Shown here piece by piece: positions 46,031 to 54,186 of a stretch of DNA of 64,000 nt. Both the position numbers and the translations under genes were made by a program. This stretch comes from Candidatus Zixiibacteriota bacterium (GTDB lineage Bacteria; Zixibacteria; MSB-5A5; GN15; JAAZOE01), in assembly GCA_041394985.1 (NCBI GenBank), contig JAWLBI010000001.1:2198882-2262881 (forward strand). The letters are read 5' to 3'. Position 1 is the first letter of the stretch. The number at the start of each line of letters is the position of its first letter. The notes below the pieces were generated by a model, which saw only the letters and a program-made list of their open reading frames with translations, did no database searches and was not told the DNA's origin.

Positions 46031-47959
46031 ATGGCAAAGAAAATAATTGGAATAGATTTAGGGACGACCAACTCCTGCCTTGCGGTTATCGAGGGACAGG
46101 AAGCTCGTGTCATAAACAATCCGGAAGGCGGCCGTACGACGCCGTCAGTCGTCGCAATCGACAAAAAAGGCGACCGCTTGGTCGGCGCCGTGGCGAAACG
46201 CCAGGCCGTGACCAATCCGGAAAATACGATATTCTCGGTCAAGCGCCTCATGGGACGCACCTTTGACGAGGTGACCCAGGAGCTGAAAAACTTCCCGTAC
46301 AAGGTCAACCGCAGTTCCAGCGGCGAGCCCGCTGTATTAATCAATGGGCAGGAATATGCCCCGCAACAGGTATCGGCGATGGTGTTGTCTTACTTGAAGA
46401 AGGCCGCCGAATCGTATCTGGGATATGAAGTTAAAGAAGCCGTTATTACCGTGCCTGCTTACTTCAATGACCGTCAGCGGCAGGCGACTAAAGACGCCGG
46501 AAAGATCGCCGGTCTGGAAGTCAAGCGTATCATCAACGAACCGACTGCGGCCGCACTGGCCTATGGTCTGGACAAGAAGAAAACCGGCAAAATCGCCGTC
46601 TATGACCTCGGCGGAGGTACCTTCGATATATCGATTCTCGAACTGTCCGACGGTGTCTTCGAGGTCCTCTCGACTAACGGCGACACACACCTCGGCGGCG
46701 ACGATTTCGACAAGCGCATCATCGATTGGCTCGTCGACGAGTTCAGGAAAAGTGACGGCATTGACCTGTCCCGAGACCCGATGGCCCTCCAGCGACTCAA
46801 GGAAGCCGCCGAAAAGGCCAAGATCGAACTGTCCAGCACGCTGGAGAGCAGTATCAATCTGCCGTTTGTCACGGCCGATGCAAATGGCCCGAAGCATCTC
46901 AATCTGACGCTGTCGCGCGCCAAATATGAGCAGCTGACCGATGACCTGGTCGAACGGACGATTGAACCGGTGCGCAAGGCTATCGAGGATGCAAAAATCA
47001 ACTTCACCGATATCGACGATGTCGTGCTTGTCGGTGGTATGACTCGCATGCCCAAGGTTGTCGAGCGGGTATCCAAGCTGTTTGGTCGCGAGCCGAATAA
47101 GTCGGTCAACCCGGATGAAGTCGTGGCTCTCGGTGCTGCCCTCCAGGGCGGTGTTCTCACCGGTGATGTGCACGAAATGCTGCTTCTGGATGTGACCCCG
47201 CTGACGCTCGGTATCGAGACCCTCGGCGGTGTCAGTACCCCGATTATCGAACGTAACACCACGATTCCGACCAAGAAGTCGCAGGTGTTCTCGACGGCAG
47301 CGGATAATCAGCCCGAGGTCGAAATCCACGTCCTGCAGGGCGAGCGCAAGATGGCGATGGACAACAAGACTATTGGTAAATTCCATCTTGATGGTATTCC
47401 GCCGGCGCCTCGCGGTCTGCCGCAGATCGAGGTAACCTTCGATATCAACGCCGACGGTATTCTCGAAGTCTCGGCACTCGACAAAGGCACGAATAAGAAA
47501 CAGTCGGTGCGCATCGAGGCATCCTCGGGTCTGTCGCAGTCCGAAATCGAAAAGATGGTCAACGATGCCAAATCGCATGCGGCCGAGGACGAACAGAAGG
47601 CCAAAAAGGTTCAGATTCGCAACGAGGCCGATCAGGCTGTGTTCATGGCCGAGAAGAATCTCAAGGAAATGGGCGATAAGATTGACGCCACGACCAAATC
47701 GAAAATCGAGGCGGCTATGGAGCGTGTGAAGGAAACGCTCAAAGGAGACAACACTGATGAGATCAAGTCGGCCAGCGATGATTTAACTGCGGCCTGGCAT
47801 GCGGCGGCTCAGACGATTTATCAGCAGCAAGCTCAACAGGGCGGCCCGCAGCCGGGTCCGGACCCGAATATGGGCGCCGGTCGCGGCCAGCAGGCCAGTG
47901 AATCATCTGGTGATCAAGCCGTGGACGCCGACTTTGAAGTCGTCGACGACGAGAAGTAA
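46031..47959 (+). CDS. dnaK: molecular chaperone DnaK (Hsp70)
   Basis: 642 aa. [18 protein letters not shown] and [10 protein letters not shown] signatures, with an acidic C-terminus. Confidence 0.97.
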   Translation: MAKKIIGIDLGTTNSCLAVIEGQEARVINNPEGGRTTPSVVAIDKKGDRLVGAVAKRQAVTNPENTIFSVKRLMGRTFDEVTQELKNFPYKVNRSSSGEPAVLINGQEYAPQQVSAMVLSYLKKAAESYLGYEVKEAVITVPAYFNDRQRQATKDAGKIAGLEVKRIINEPTAAALAYGLDKKKTGKIAVYDLGGGTFDISILELSDGVFEVLSTNGDTHLGGDDFDKRIIDWLVDEFRKSDGIDLSRDPMALQRLKEAAEKAKIELSSTLESSINLPFVTADANGPKHLNLTLSRAKYEQLTDDLVERTIEPVRKAIEDAKINFTDIDDVVLVGGMTRMPKVVERVSKLFGREPNKSVNPDEVVALGAALQGGVLTGDVHEMLLLDVTPLTLGIETLGGVSTPIIERNTTIPTKKSQVFSTAADNQPEVEIHVLQGERKMAMDNKTIGKFHLDGIPPAPRGLPQIEVTFDINADGILEVSALDKGTNKKQSVRIEASSGLSQSEIEKMVNDAKSHAAEDEQKAKKVQIRNEADQAVFMAEKNLKEMGDKIDATTKSKIEAAMERVKETLKGDNTDEIKSASDDLTAAWHAAAQTIYQQQAQQGGPQPGPDPNMGAGRGQQASESSGDQAVDADFEVVDDEK

Positions 47960-48119
47960 TCGGTTAAGCTGATAGAGAGACGAAATCTCTTTGAATAAAA
48001 CGAACCGTTCTCTGATAGATTGGTATGAACCCCGCGGCCACCCGCCGGGTATCATAAACCGTAAGGCAGATATCGTGCCCGGTACGCCGCGGCGGATCCA
48101 CATCTGCCGGGAAGGATTT

Positions 48120-48337
48120 GTAGGTCAAGACCCTTGTGGTCTTGACAAAACCGTAGGGCAGGAGCCCTGCGCTCCTGCCAACGCGCGCAGACATGTCGGT
48201 CAAAACCCTTGTGGTCTTGACAAAACCGTAGGGCAGGTCCCCAATGGGACCTGCCATCGCGCGAAGCGCGAAATCAAAATTGGTAGCCCGACCCTTTAGG
48301 GTCGGGAGAACTGGTACCCCAAGGCTTTAGCCTTGGT
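48120..48337. repeat. array of modular GC-rich hairpins (dnaK-dnaJ spacer, left block)
   Basis: Two tandem composite units (48120-48190, 48195-48275) are built from gtcaagacc/ggtcttgac, ggcaggagc/gctcctgcc or ggcaggtccc/gggacctgcc, and cgcgc-gaa-gcgcg. They are followed by cccgaccc-ttta-gggtcggg and ccaaggc-ttta-gccttgg. Confidence 0.85.
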
Positions 48338-48364
48338 CAAAAATCAACAGGGAAGACGTACAAC

Positions 48365-48535
48365 ATGAACAAAGAGAAACCGGTTTTCTCGAAAGTCCGC
48401 GAGTTCTATGAGAAGCACTTTGAGTCCTTCCGAGACTTCTTATCCGGCAAAGGACAGCCGGAACTAATCCCGGTCGAGAACTCGTCCGATCGACAGAAGA
48501 AGAAATTAGGCAAGTATTACATCGAGCGGACATAA
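48365..48535 (+). CDS. possible 56-aa basic protein (MNKEKPVFSKVREFYEKHFESFRDFLSGKGQPELIPVENSSDRQKKKLGKYYIERT)
   Basis: A clean ATG-to-TAA ORF between the two hairpin blocks. Its composition is non-repetitive. The RBS is weak (gggaag) and no homology is recognised. Confidence 0.3.
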   Translation: MNKEKPVFSKVREFYEKHFESFRDFLSGKGQPELIPVENSSDRQKKKLGKYYIERT

Positions 48536-48544
48536 TCTCAGTCT

Positions 48545-48726
48545 TTGTAGGCATACATTGATAAACCGAGGGCATCGCATGCCCGCATCGAAAGGGGCCC
48601 CCGCGGCCCCTTTTGCATGCAAAATTGTAGGTCGAACCCCCTGCGGTCTTGACAAAAGCCGTAGGGCAGGTCCCCAATGGGACCTGCCATCGCGCGGAGC
48701 GCGAAAAAACCACGGCCGTGCCGTGG
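48545..48726. repeat. array of modular GC-rich hairpins (dnaK-dnaJ spacer, right block)
   Basis: gggcat-cgc-atgccc (48570-84), aggggcc-cccgc-ggcccct, a third copy of the composite unit (48627-48705), and ccacgg-ccgtg-ccgtgg (48710-26). Confidence 0.85.
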
Positions 48727-48774
48727 GATGATGAAACCCTTGACCGAAAGGAGTCCATACCGTAGTTTGTTCGA

Positions 48775-49359
48775 ATGATCGATCCGTACGAAATGCTCGG
48801 TATCGGCCGCAACGCCGATCCGGCTCAGATTAAAGCCGCCTTCCGACGACTGGCGAAGAAATATCATCCCGATGTCGGCGGCACGCATGAAAAATTCAAG
48901 CGGATTCTCTGGGCCTACGAGCAACTCGGCGGATACGGCAAACCAACGGGGAGAGAGGAAACCGAGGCGTTCGATTATGAAATCGATGTCAAGATAGACA
49001 GGCGTCGCCAGGTGCAGGATCTCTTCGATGACCTCACCGATGGCGTGTTGACCTTCTTCGATGTCGACAAGCCGGAATACCTGAATTTGTTTTTACAGCT
49101 GACGCCCGATGAGGCCAAACGAGGCGGCAAGATTCGCCTCAACCTGCCGCTGACGCGCAAATGCCGGCGGTGCTACGGATTCGGACAAATTCTCTTCATC
49201 TCCTGCAAGCAGTGCGGGGGAGTGGGCGAGGAAACATATACCAAGGCTTCGGTGTTAGAAATACCGGCCGGAGTAAGCGACGGATGGCGCGCGAAACAGC
49301 ACATCGACAACCTGTTTCTGACCGTCATCTTCAAAATAGAAGGAAACGATCGAAAATAA
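48775..49359 (+). CDS. J-domain protein with a single zinc-finger pair (DnaJ paralogue)
   Basis: 194 aa. DPYEMLGI...KYHPDVGG (HPD motif), CRRCYGFG...CKQCGGVG. It lacks the G/F region and most of the DnaJ C-terminal domain. Confidence 0.75.
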   Translation: MIDPYEMLGIGRNADPAQIKAAFRRLAKKYHPDVGGTHEKFKRILWAYEQLGGYGKPTGREETEAFDYEIDVKIDRRRQVQDLFDDLTDGVLTFFDVDKPEYLNLFLQLTPDEAKRGGKIRLNLPLTRKCRRCYGFGQILFISCKQCGGVGEETYTKASVLEIPAGVSDGWRAKQHIDNLFLTVIFKIEGNDRK

Positions 49360-50499
49360 ATGGCCAGGGATTATTATCAAATCCTCGGCGTGGATGAAAA
49401 GGCGAGCAAGGACGAGATCAAGAAAAAGTATCGCACCCTCGCCAAGAAATATCATCCCGACCGCAACAAGGGCGATGCGAAAGCCGAAGAGAAGTTCAAG
49501 GAAATCTCGGAAGCCTACGACACCCTCAAGGACGACAAGAAGCGCCAGCAGTACGATATGCTCAGGCGCTACGGCGGTGATCCACGCATGGCCGGAGCCC
49601 GCGGCGCAGGATTCCCCGGCGGCGGTTTCGGCAACGGCAATTTCCAGCAGTCGTTCGGCGGTGATTTCGACATCAATGATTTGTTCGGCGGCGGGGGACT
49701 GGGTGACCTGTTCAGTTCGCTCTTCGGCGACAATGTCCGCACTCGAGCCAGACAGCGGCAACAACCGCCGAATCGTCCGACCAATGGCCGTGACATCAAG
49801 ATCGACATGAAAATCTCGGTCGAGGAATCGGCCTCGGGCACACAGAAGAAAATCCGCATCATGCTTCCCAATGAATGTGAAACCTGCGGCGGTTCTGGGT
49901 TTACCAAAGGCGGCGGCAACCGCGTCTGCTCGCGCTGTAACGGTACCGGGCAGGTATCGTTCGCACAGGGCGGTTTCGCCATCTCGCGGCCGTGCCCGAC
50001 CTGTTTCGGCCGAGGTGTGGAGCAGGGACAGATTTGCGACCGCTGTCGCGGCACCGGAGCGGTGAAAAAACGCAAGACGATTACGGTCAAGATTCCGGCC
50101 GGAATCGAGGACGGCGGTTCGGTGCGCCTGCGGGGTATCGGTTTTCCCGGCAGGAACGGCGGTTCCAAGGGTGATTTATTAATAAAGGTGAAGATTATGA
50201 GCGATCAGAAATTTGAGCGCGACGGCAAGCATATCAAAACGACGGTGGATGTGACCTTCCCGCAGGCGGCGCTGGGGGCGAAGATCCCGGTCCAGACGCT
50301 GACAAAGAAGGTGATGCTCAACATCCCGGCGGGCACCCAACCCGGCGCGGTATTGCGCCTGAGAGGCGCAGGCATCAAAGTCGGCGACGACACAGGGGAT
50401 TTATTAGTAACGATAAACCTGACAGTCCCAAAGAACCTCTCCGCCCGCCAGAAAGAATTACTGGAGGAATTCGAGGAATTGTCGAAGCAGGCAGCGTGA
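49360..50499 (+). CDS. dnaJ: molecular chaperone DnaJ
   Basis: 379 aa. J domain with HPD, a G/F-rich region, four CxxCxGxG motifs, and C-terminal domains. Confidence 0.93.
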   Translation: MARDYYQILGVDEKASKDEIKKKYRTLAKKYHPDRNKGDAKAEEKFKEISEAYDTLKDDKKRQQYDMLRRYGGDPRMAGARGAGFPGGGFGNGNFQQSFGGDFDINDLFGGGGLGDLFSSLFGDNVRTRARQRQQPPNRPTNGRDIKIDMKISVEESASGTQKKIRIMLPNECETCGGSGFTKGGGNRVCSRCNGTGQVSFAQGGFAISRPCPTCFGRGVEQGQICDRCRGTGAVKKRKTITVKIPAGIEDGGSVRLRGIGFPGRNGGSKGDLLIKVKIMSDQKFERDGKHIKTTVDVTFPQAALGAKIPVQTLTKKVMLNIPAGTQPGAVLRLRGAGIKVGDDTGDLLVTINLTVPKNLSARQKELLEEFEELSKQAA

Positions 50500-50529
50500 T
50501 ATAATGAGATGTTAAGGTGATATTATTAA

Positions 50530-51375
50530 ATGTGCGAAAAAGAGAATCAAAAACTGCCCAAATATCTCTATAAATATATAGATTGGGAAAAACTATATCA
50601 TAGAAGGATGTTAGCCGATAGAGAATTCTTCTTTGCAAAACCAAGTTCGTTTAATGATCCCTTTGATTGTTTGTTAGAACCTGATTATTCTCTCCTTAAT
50701 AAAGCACAAATATATAAAATTTATATAAGCCATTTAAAGAGAGATTTACCAATGGCCAATAGGAGTGAGATACGAAAAAGAGCGAAAGATTGGCAAAAAA
50801 AAGGGCTCTGGAAAAACGAAGCGAATAAGAAGCGATCTGAAGAGTGGTCATATAACTATAAAAATGAGAATCTGGGATTATTCTGTCTATCATCAAAACA
50901 TGATGAAATTTTGATGTGGTCTCATTATGCAAAAGGGCATTCTGGTTTATGTTTACAATTCGATACAAAAAGGTTGATGGATGATTTTGAAAATCAGCTA
51001 ATAGTTGAGGGAAAACTCTTTGAAATAATTCCTATTGAATATCACCTTGACATGCCAATAATAAATCCATCGGAGGAAGGAGATGATTATTTTAAAAGAC
51101 TGGTTACAATAAAAGCAAAGAGATGGGAATATGAAAACGAATATAGAATTGTCCTATTGGGTTTTAAAGATAATGATAAGTTTTTAGAAAATAACGAAAG
51201 AATATATAAATATCCATCAAAGGCAATAACAGGCGTCTATTTTGGTTATAATACTACTATAGAGACTGAACAGAGCATCATGGCAATACTGCGAGAAGGA
51301 AGAATCCAACCTTACTTTTTTAAGTCAAAAGTAAAAAAGAATAAATTTGAATTAGAGTTTATACAAATTAATTAA
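50530..51375 (+). CDS. DUF2971 family protein
   Basis: 281 aa. FFAKPSSFNDPFDC and MWSHYAKGHSGLCLQFD match the conserved DUF2971 motifs as I recall them. The gene is visibly much more AT-rich than its neighbours. Confidence 0.6.
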   Translation: MCEKENQKLPKYLYKYIDWEKLYHRRMLADREFFFAKPSSFNDPFDCLLEPDYSLLNKAQIYKIYISHLKRDLPMANRSEIRKRAKDWQKKGLWKNEANKKRSEEWSYNYKNENLGLFCLSSKHDEILMWSHYAKGHSGLCLQFDTKRLMDDFENQLIVEGKLFEIIPIEYHLDMPIINPSEEGDDYFKRLVTIKAKRWEYENEYRIVLLGFKDNDKFLENNERIYKYPSKAITGVYFGYNTTIETEQSIMAILREGRIQPYFFKSKVKKNKFELEFIQIN

Positions 51376-51398
51376 AAAAGTAATATGTCCTGGGATTG

Positions 51399-51435
51399 CC
51401 CGGTGCCCCAACCCTTCTTAAGGATTGGGATGAGA
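51399..51435. repeat. hairpin module cccggtgccccaaccc-ttctta-(a)gg(a)ttggg-atgaga
   Basis: A degenerate copy of the module found at 52650-52685, which has a perfect 8-bp stem cccaaccc/gggttggg. Confidence 0.7.
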
Positions 51436-51536
51436 TGCCATGACACCGAGATGGACAAAGTTATCAGATAAATAATTTATGTCATGGCAAAATGTGATGT
51501 CCTTTTCTTCTTCAAAGCATTTATGTATTCATACAT

Positions 51537-51917
51537 TTGGTCTGGTTTAATAACTTTTATAAAGGTAGCGGTCATTGCGAGGAGCGCGTCCGCCTGGGCG
51601 GACCAGCGACGTCGCAATCTCAGGGTATTATCTTGAAATATGGATATGTATATATACTCACAAACAAGGCACATACTGTTTTATATACCGGCGTAAGTTC
51701 TAATCTTAAAACGCGAATACTTCAGCATAAAGAAAAATATCATTCCGGTTTCACCGGCAAATACAATGTCGATATGCTCGTTTACTATGAATCATGCGAT
51801 GGTATCAGAGGCGCTATTGAACGAGAAAAGCAGATTAAGAATTTCTCACGAGAGAAAAAGGAAGATCTAATCAATTCCATGAATCCTGATTGGAAAGACT
51901 TGTGTAGTGAAATCTGA
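51537..51917 (+). CDS. GIY-YIG nuclease family protein
   Basis: The core YVYILTNKAHTVLYTGVSSNLKTRILQHK...REKQIKNFSREKK is a GIY-YIG (UPF0213-like) domain. The conserved part begins near the TTG at 51633. The upstream 32 codons are read through a hairpin repeat and may not be translated. Confidence 0.8.
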   Translation: MVWFNNFYKGSGHCEERVRLGGPATSQSQGIILKYGYVYILTNKAHTVLYTGVSSNLKTRILQHKEKYHSGFTGKYNVDMLVYYESCDGIRGAIEREKQIKNFSREKKEDLINSMNPDWKDLCSEI

Positions 51918-51958
51918 CACCCTGAGATTGCGACGCCCTAAGAAGGGCTCGCAATGAC
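51571..51958 (+). mobile_element. candidate GIY-YIG selfish element bounded by inverted hairpin modules
   Basis: The left module is at 51571-51625 (gtcattgcgag...cgcaatctcaggg). The right module is at 51921-51958 (cctgagattgcgac...tcgcaatgac). The outer arms are the same sequence in opposite orientation, and a truncated second copy lies 1 kb away. Confidence 0.35.
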
Positions 51959-51988
51959 ACCGAGTTCGATTAATGCTAGTAATATACA

Positions 51989-52318
51989 TCAAAGCATATC
52001 AGCCATCCACAGGCGGCGGAGCATAATTCCCGCCAGCATCAGCGCCAGCAGCACATTCCAAAACCAGGGGCGCATCCAGAACCGTTTCAAATTATCTTTA
52101 GACTTCTTATTCTTCGCGAGCGTGTACTCAAATCCGGTCAATATCAAAGCGGGGAGGGCCGCCTCGATAGGCGGGACCTCGGACAAGCCGATAACTTTCT
52201 TGAAAAACAGCGCCAACAGGATAACGCTGATCCCGGTCCCCAGGGACATCTGTATATATTCATTGCAAAGAAATTCCCAGACCTTCTTCATCATGCGACC
52301 CCATATGTTCTTACTCAA
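51989..52318 (-). CDS. hypothetical small membrane protein
   Basis: 109 aa with three hydrophobic helices (GISVILLALFF, ALPALILTGF, WFWNVLLALMLAGIML). It is preferred over the overlapping + strand ORF, which has junk-like composition. Confidence 0.4.
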   Translation of the reverse strand: MSKNIWGRMMKKVWEFLCNEYIQMSLGTGISVILLALFFKKVIGLSEVPPIEAALPALILTGFEYTLAKNKKSKDNLKRFWMRPWFWNVLLALMLAGIMLRRLWMADML

Positions 52319-52513
52319 TACTACCCCTCAAATCTAAATCAATTCACCGGCTTGGCAAGATAATAAATTTGTAATTCCCGAGAGAGAATATTCGTAGGGC
52401 GGATTCTTCTTATAATCCGCCAATTCATATATCAGGATGGTAGATTTGAAGACAAATCTGCCATACAGTATAATGTGATTCTCTCGTTTTGAAAAAGGTA
52501 TTTATTTCCTCTA

Positions 52514-52648
52514 CGTTTGGTCTGTTTTAACAACTTTTATAGAAGCACCAGTCATTGCGAGGAGCGCGTCCGCCTGGGCGGACCAGCGACGTCGCAATCT
52601 CAGGGTTTTATCTTGAAATACGGATTTGTATATATACTCACAAACAAA
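52514..52648 (+). pseudogene. truncated second copy of the GIY-YIG left end (leader, hairpin module and first ~12 codons)
   Basis: About 135 bp aligns by eye to 51535-51655 with few mismatches, including LKYGFVYILTNK. Homology stops abruptly at about 52649, where another hairpin module begins. Confidence 0.7.
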
Positions 52649-52649
52649 G

Positions 52650-52685
52650 CCCGGTGCCCCAACCCTTCTTAGGGTTGGGATGAGA
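52650..52685. repeat. hairpin module cccggtgccccaaccc-ttctta-gggttggg-atgaga
   Basis: Perfect 8-bp stem. A paralogue lies at 51399-51435. Confidence 0.75.
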
Positions 52686-52715
52686 CTTGGTACCCCTGAA
52701 ATCCCCACGACTCCC

Positions 52716-52757
52716 GTCATTCCGATTGAGACCCGTCTTCGGGCCTACTGAGGAATC
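52716..52757. repeat. hairpin module gtcattccgattgagacccgtcttcgggcctactgaggaatc
   Basis: About 48 nt is alignable with 1017-1064, with roughly six mismatches. Confidence 0.75.
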
Positions 52758-52774
52758 CGCTCTTGCCTCTTCGT

Positions 52775-52927
52775 AGGTCAATCCGCCTAGGCGGATTGTG
52801 GTCTTGACATGCGCGAAGCGCAAACTTCCTTTCCCGTGGTTGGTGTACGTCCCCGTGCATCAACAAAAGACCGGAGGTCAATCCGCCCAGGCGGATTGTG
52901 GTCTTGACATGCGCGAAGCGCAAACTT
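52775..52927. repeat. two 53-bp direct repeats at an exact 100-bp period
   Basis: aggtcaatccgcc(t/c)aggcggattgtggtcttgacatgcgcgaagcgcaaactt occurs at 52775-52827 and 52875-52927 with one mismatch. It is built from the same sub-modules as the dnaK-dnaJ spacer repeats (ggtcttgaca, gcgcgaagcgc). Confidence 0.85.
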
Positions 52928-53323
52928 TCATTTTCACCCTAACTCCGCTCCAGATTCCCACCTCACCTTCTATAGTAGAAAGGATATTCTACCAGTATGT
53001 CCAAAAACGCAAAAACACCGAAAAAAATTTTTCCTATCCGAGGGATAACTCTTTGTCTCCCAACGGCAGTTTATCCACATTTCGGCCCCCGAAACGATAA
53101 CTCCCTACACGACAACGAGATAATAAAATCCGCCCCAAAACAACATTTATGTTACACCACAACGACTTATCCCTCCATCGCAATTGTTAGGAAATCGCAT
53201 ATCGGTACAAGAACAATATCAAATCTGCATATATGTGGCCTGAATTCTCCACAAAATGCAATCCATGGCACAGACGACTCCCCCTCCTTCCCGGGCGTGT
53301 TGAAAAACCTATTACAAGCACGA

Positions 53324-53362
53324 GTCATTGCGAGCCCTTCTTAGGGCGTCGCAATCTCAGGA
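53324..53362. repeat. hairpin module gtcattgcgagcccttcttagggcgtcgcaatctcagga
   Basis: Identical over 39 nt to 63534-63572 and the reverse complement of 51921-51958. Confidence 0.85.
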
Positions 53363-53495
53363 TATTTGCGACAAGCACTTGCGATTGATTTTTGCCTGTG
53401 TTCCTAAGGCGATACCTTTGGGAAATGACTTTTTCAACAAGCCCTCCCAAGGAGGGGGCGGGGGGGTGGTTGATTGATCTTTGTCAAGTATCGCG

Positions 53496-54185
53496 ATGTT
53501 GACTTTCATCGCATGGCCCGGCTGGGTTCCCGCCATACATGGATTGTTGGTGCACGAGGACGTACACGGACACAAAATAATTCTATTTGCACATCACTCA
53601 CCACACTCGTACCATACCGCCATGGACGATTCACCGATTCTCATCAACACGACCAACGATGCGTTCTTCCTCGATATCTACCGCCCGAAGAACCATCCGC
53701 TCCGAGCCGGACACGAGCACTCGCAACTCATCGATATCCTCCGCGAGAAGCGGGCCGAGGAGGTCATCAAACGATTCGCCGATGTCCTCAAGCCGTACCT
53801 GACGACGGGAATCTGTGTCTCGGCTGTGCCGCCGGCCGTAGCCGTCACACACAAGACGGGGATACAACTCGTCGCCAAGTTGCTGGCGTCGGGCAAGCGC
53901 ATCGATGCGACCGATTGCCTCGTGCGAATGAAGCGCGTTCCGACCGCGGCAGAGACGGCTCACCGCACGGAGCAGACGCATCTTGATTCCATCACGGTCC
54001 GCCGCCCCGAATTAATTCGCGATTTTCGATTTTTACTGCTTGATGATATCTATCACACCGGCACGAGCCTCAACGCCTGCAGAAAACTCCTGCTCGATGC
54101 CGGGGCAAGACAGGTTCGTATTTTAGTCCTCGGCCGCACCTGGCGCGATGAGGAATTACCGGATAGGGGATGGTTGAAAGTTTGA
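53496..54185 (+). CDS. ComF-like phosphoribosyltransferase-domain protein
   Basis: The C-terminal PRPP-binding loop FLLLDDIYHTGTSLNACRKLLLDAGARQVRILVLGRT is present. There is no N-terminal zinc finger. The start is uncertain (ATG 53496 or 53622; the ORF track uses TTG 53481). Confidence 0.55.
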   Translation: MLTFIAWPGWVPAIHGLLVHEDVHGHKIILFAHHSPHSYHTAMDDSPILINTTNDAFFLDIYRPKNHPLRAGHEHSQLIDILREKRAEEVIKRFADVLKPYLTTGICVSAVPPAVAVTHKTGIQLVAKLLASGKRIDATDCLVRMKRVPTAAETAHRTEQTHLDSITVRRPELIRDFRFLLLDDIYHTGTSLNACRKLLLDAGARQVRILVLGRTWRDEELPDRGWLKV

Positions 54186-54186
54186 C

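Noticed and set aside
46337-47578. 413-aa ORF antisense to dnaK
   Set aside because: It lies entirely within the high-confidence dnaK gene on the opposite strand. Long antisense frames opposite hsp70 are a well-known codon-bias artefact, sometimes mis-annotated as NAD-glutamate dehydrogenase. No independent start signals or motifs are present.
47964-48924. Four overlapping 97-161-aa ORFs on both strands in the dnaK-dnaJ spacer (47964-48257, 47991-48299, 48327-48812, 48538-48924)
   Set aside because: Their peptides (for example VGQDPCGLDKTVGQEPCAPANARR) are direct translations of tandem palindromic hairpins. They read equally well on both strands, which is typical of repeat-derived false ORFs.
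51954-52337. 127-aa + strand ORF
   Set aside because: Ser/Ile/Asn-rich, non-protein-like sequence. The overlapping minus-strand ORF (51989-52318) has three clean TM helices and is the better, though still tentative, call.
52775-52927. CRISPR array hypothesis for the 53-bp repeats
   Set aside because: There are only two units. Each repeat is a composite of palindromes shared with other dispersed repeats. There are no cas genes, and the repeat is longer than the spacer.
53040-53253. oriC or DnaA-titration site hypothesis
   Set aside because: There is only one perfect (53071-53079) and one 8/9 DnaA box. The other TTATCC-containing motifs match only 6/9. No dnaA or dnaN lies nearby and no AT-rich 13-mer unwinding element was seen. 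One perfect 9-mer is about what chance predicts in 64 kb on both strands.
53324-54185. Retron (msr-msd ncRNA plus PRTase effector) hypothesis
   Set aside because: No reverse transcriptase ORF exists anywhere in the window. The hairpin upstream is a member of the dispersed repeat family, not a retron-specific a1/a2 structure.
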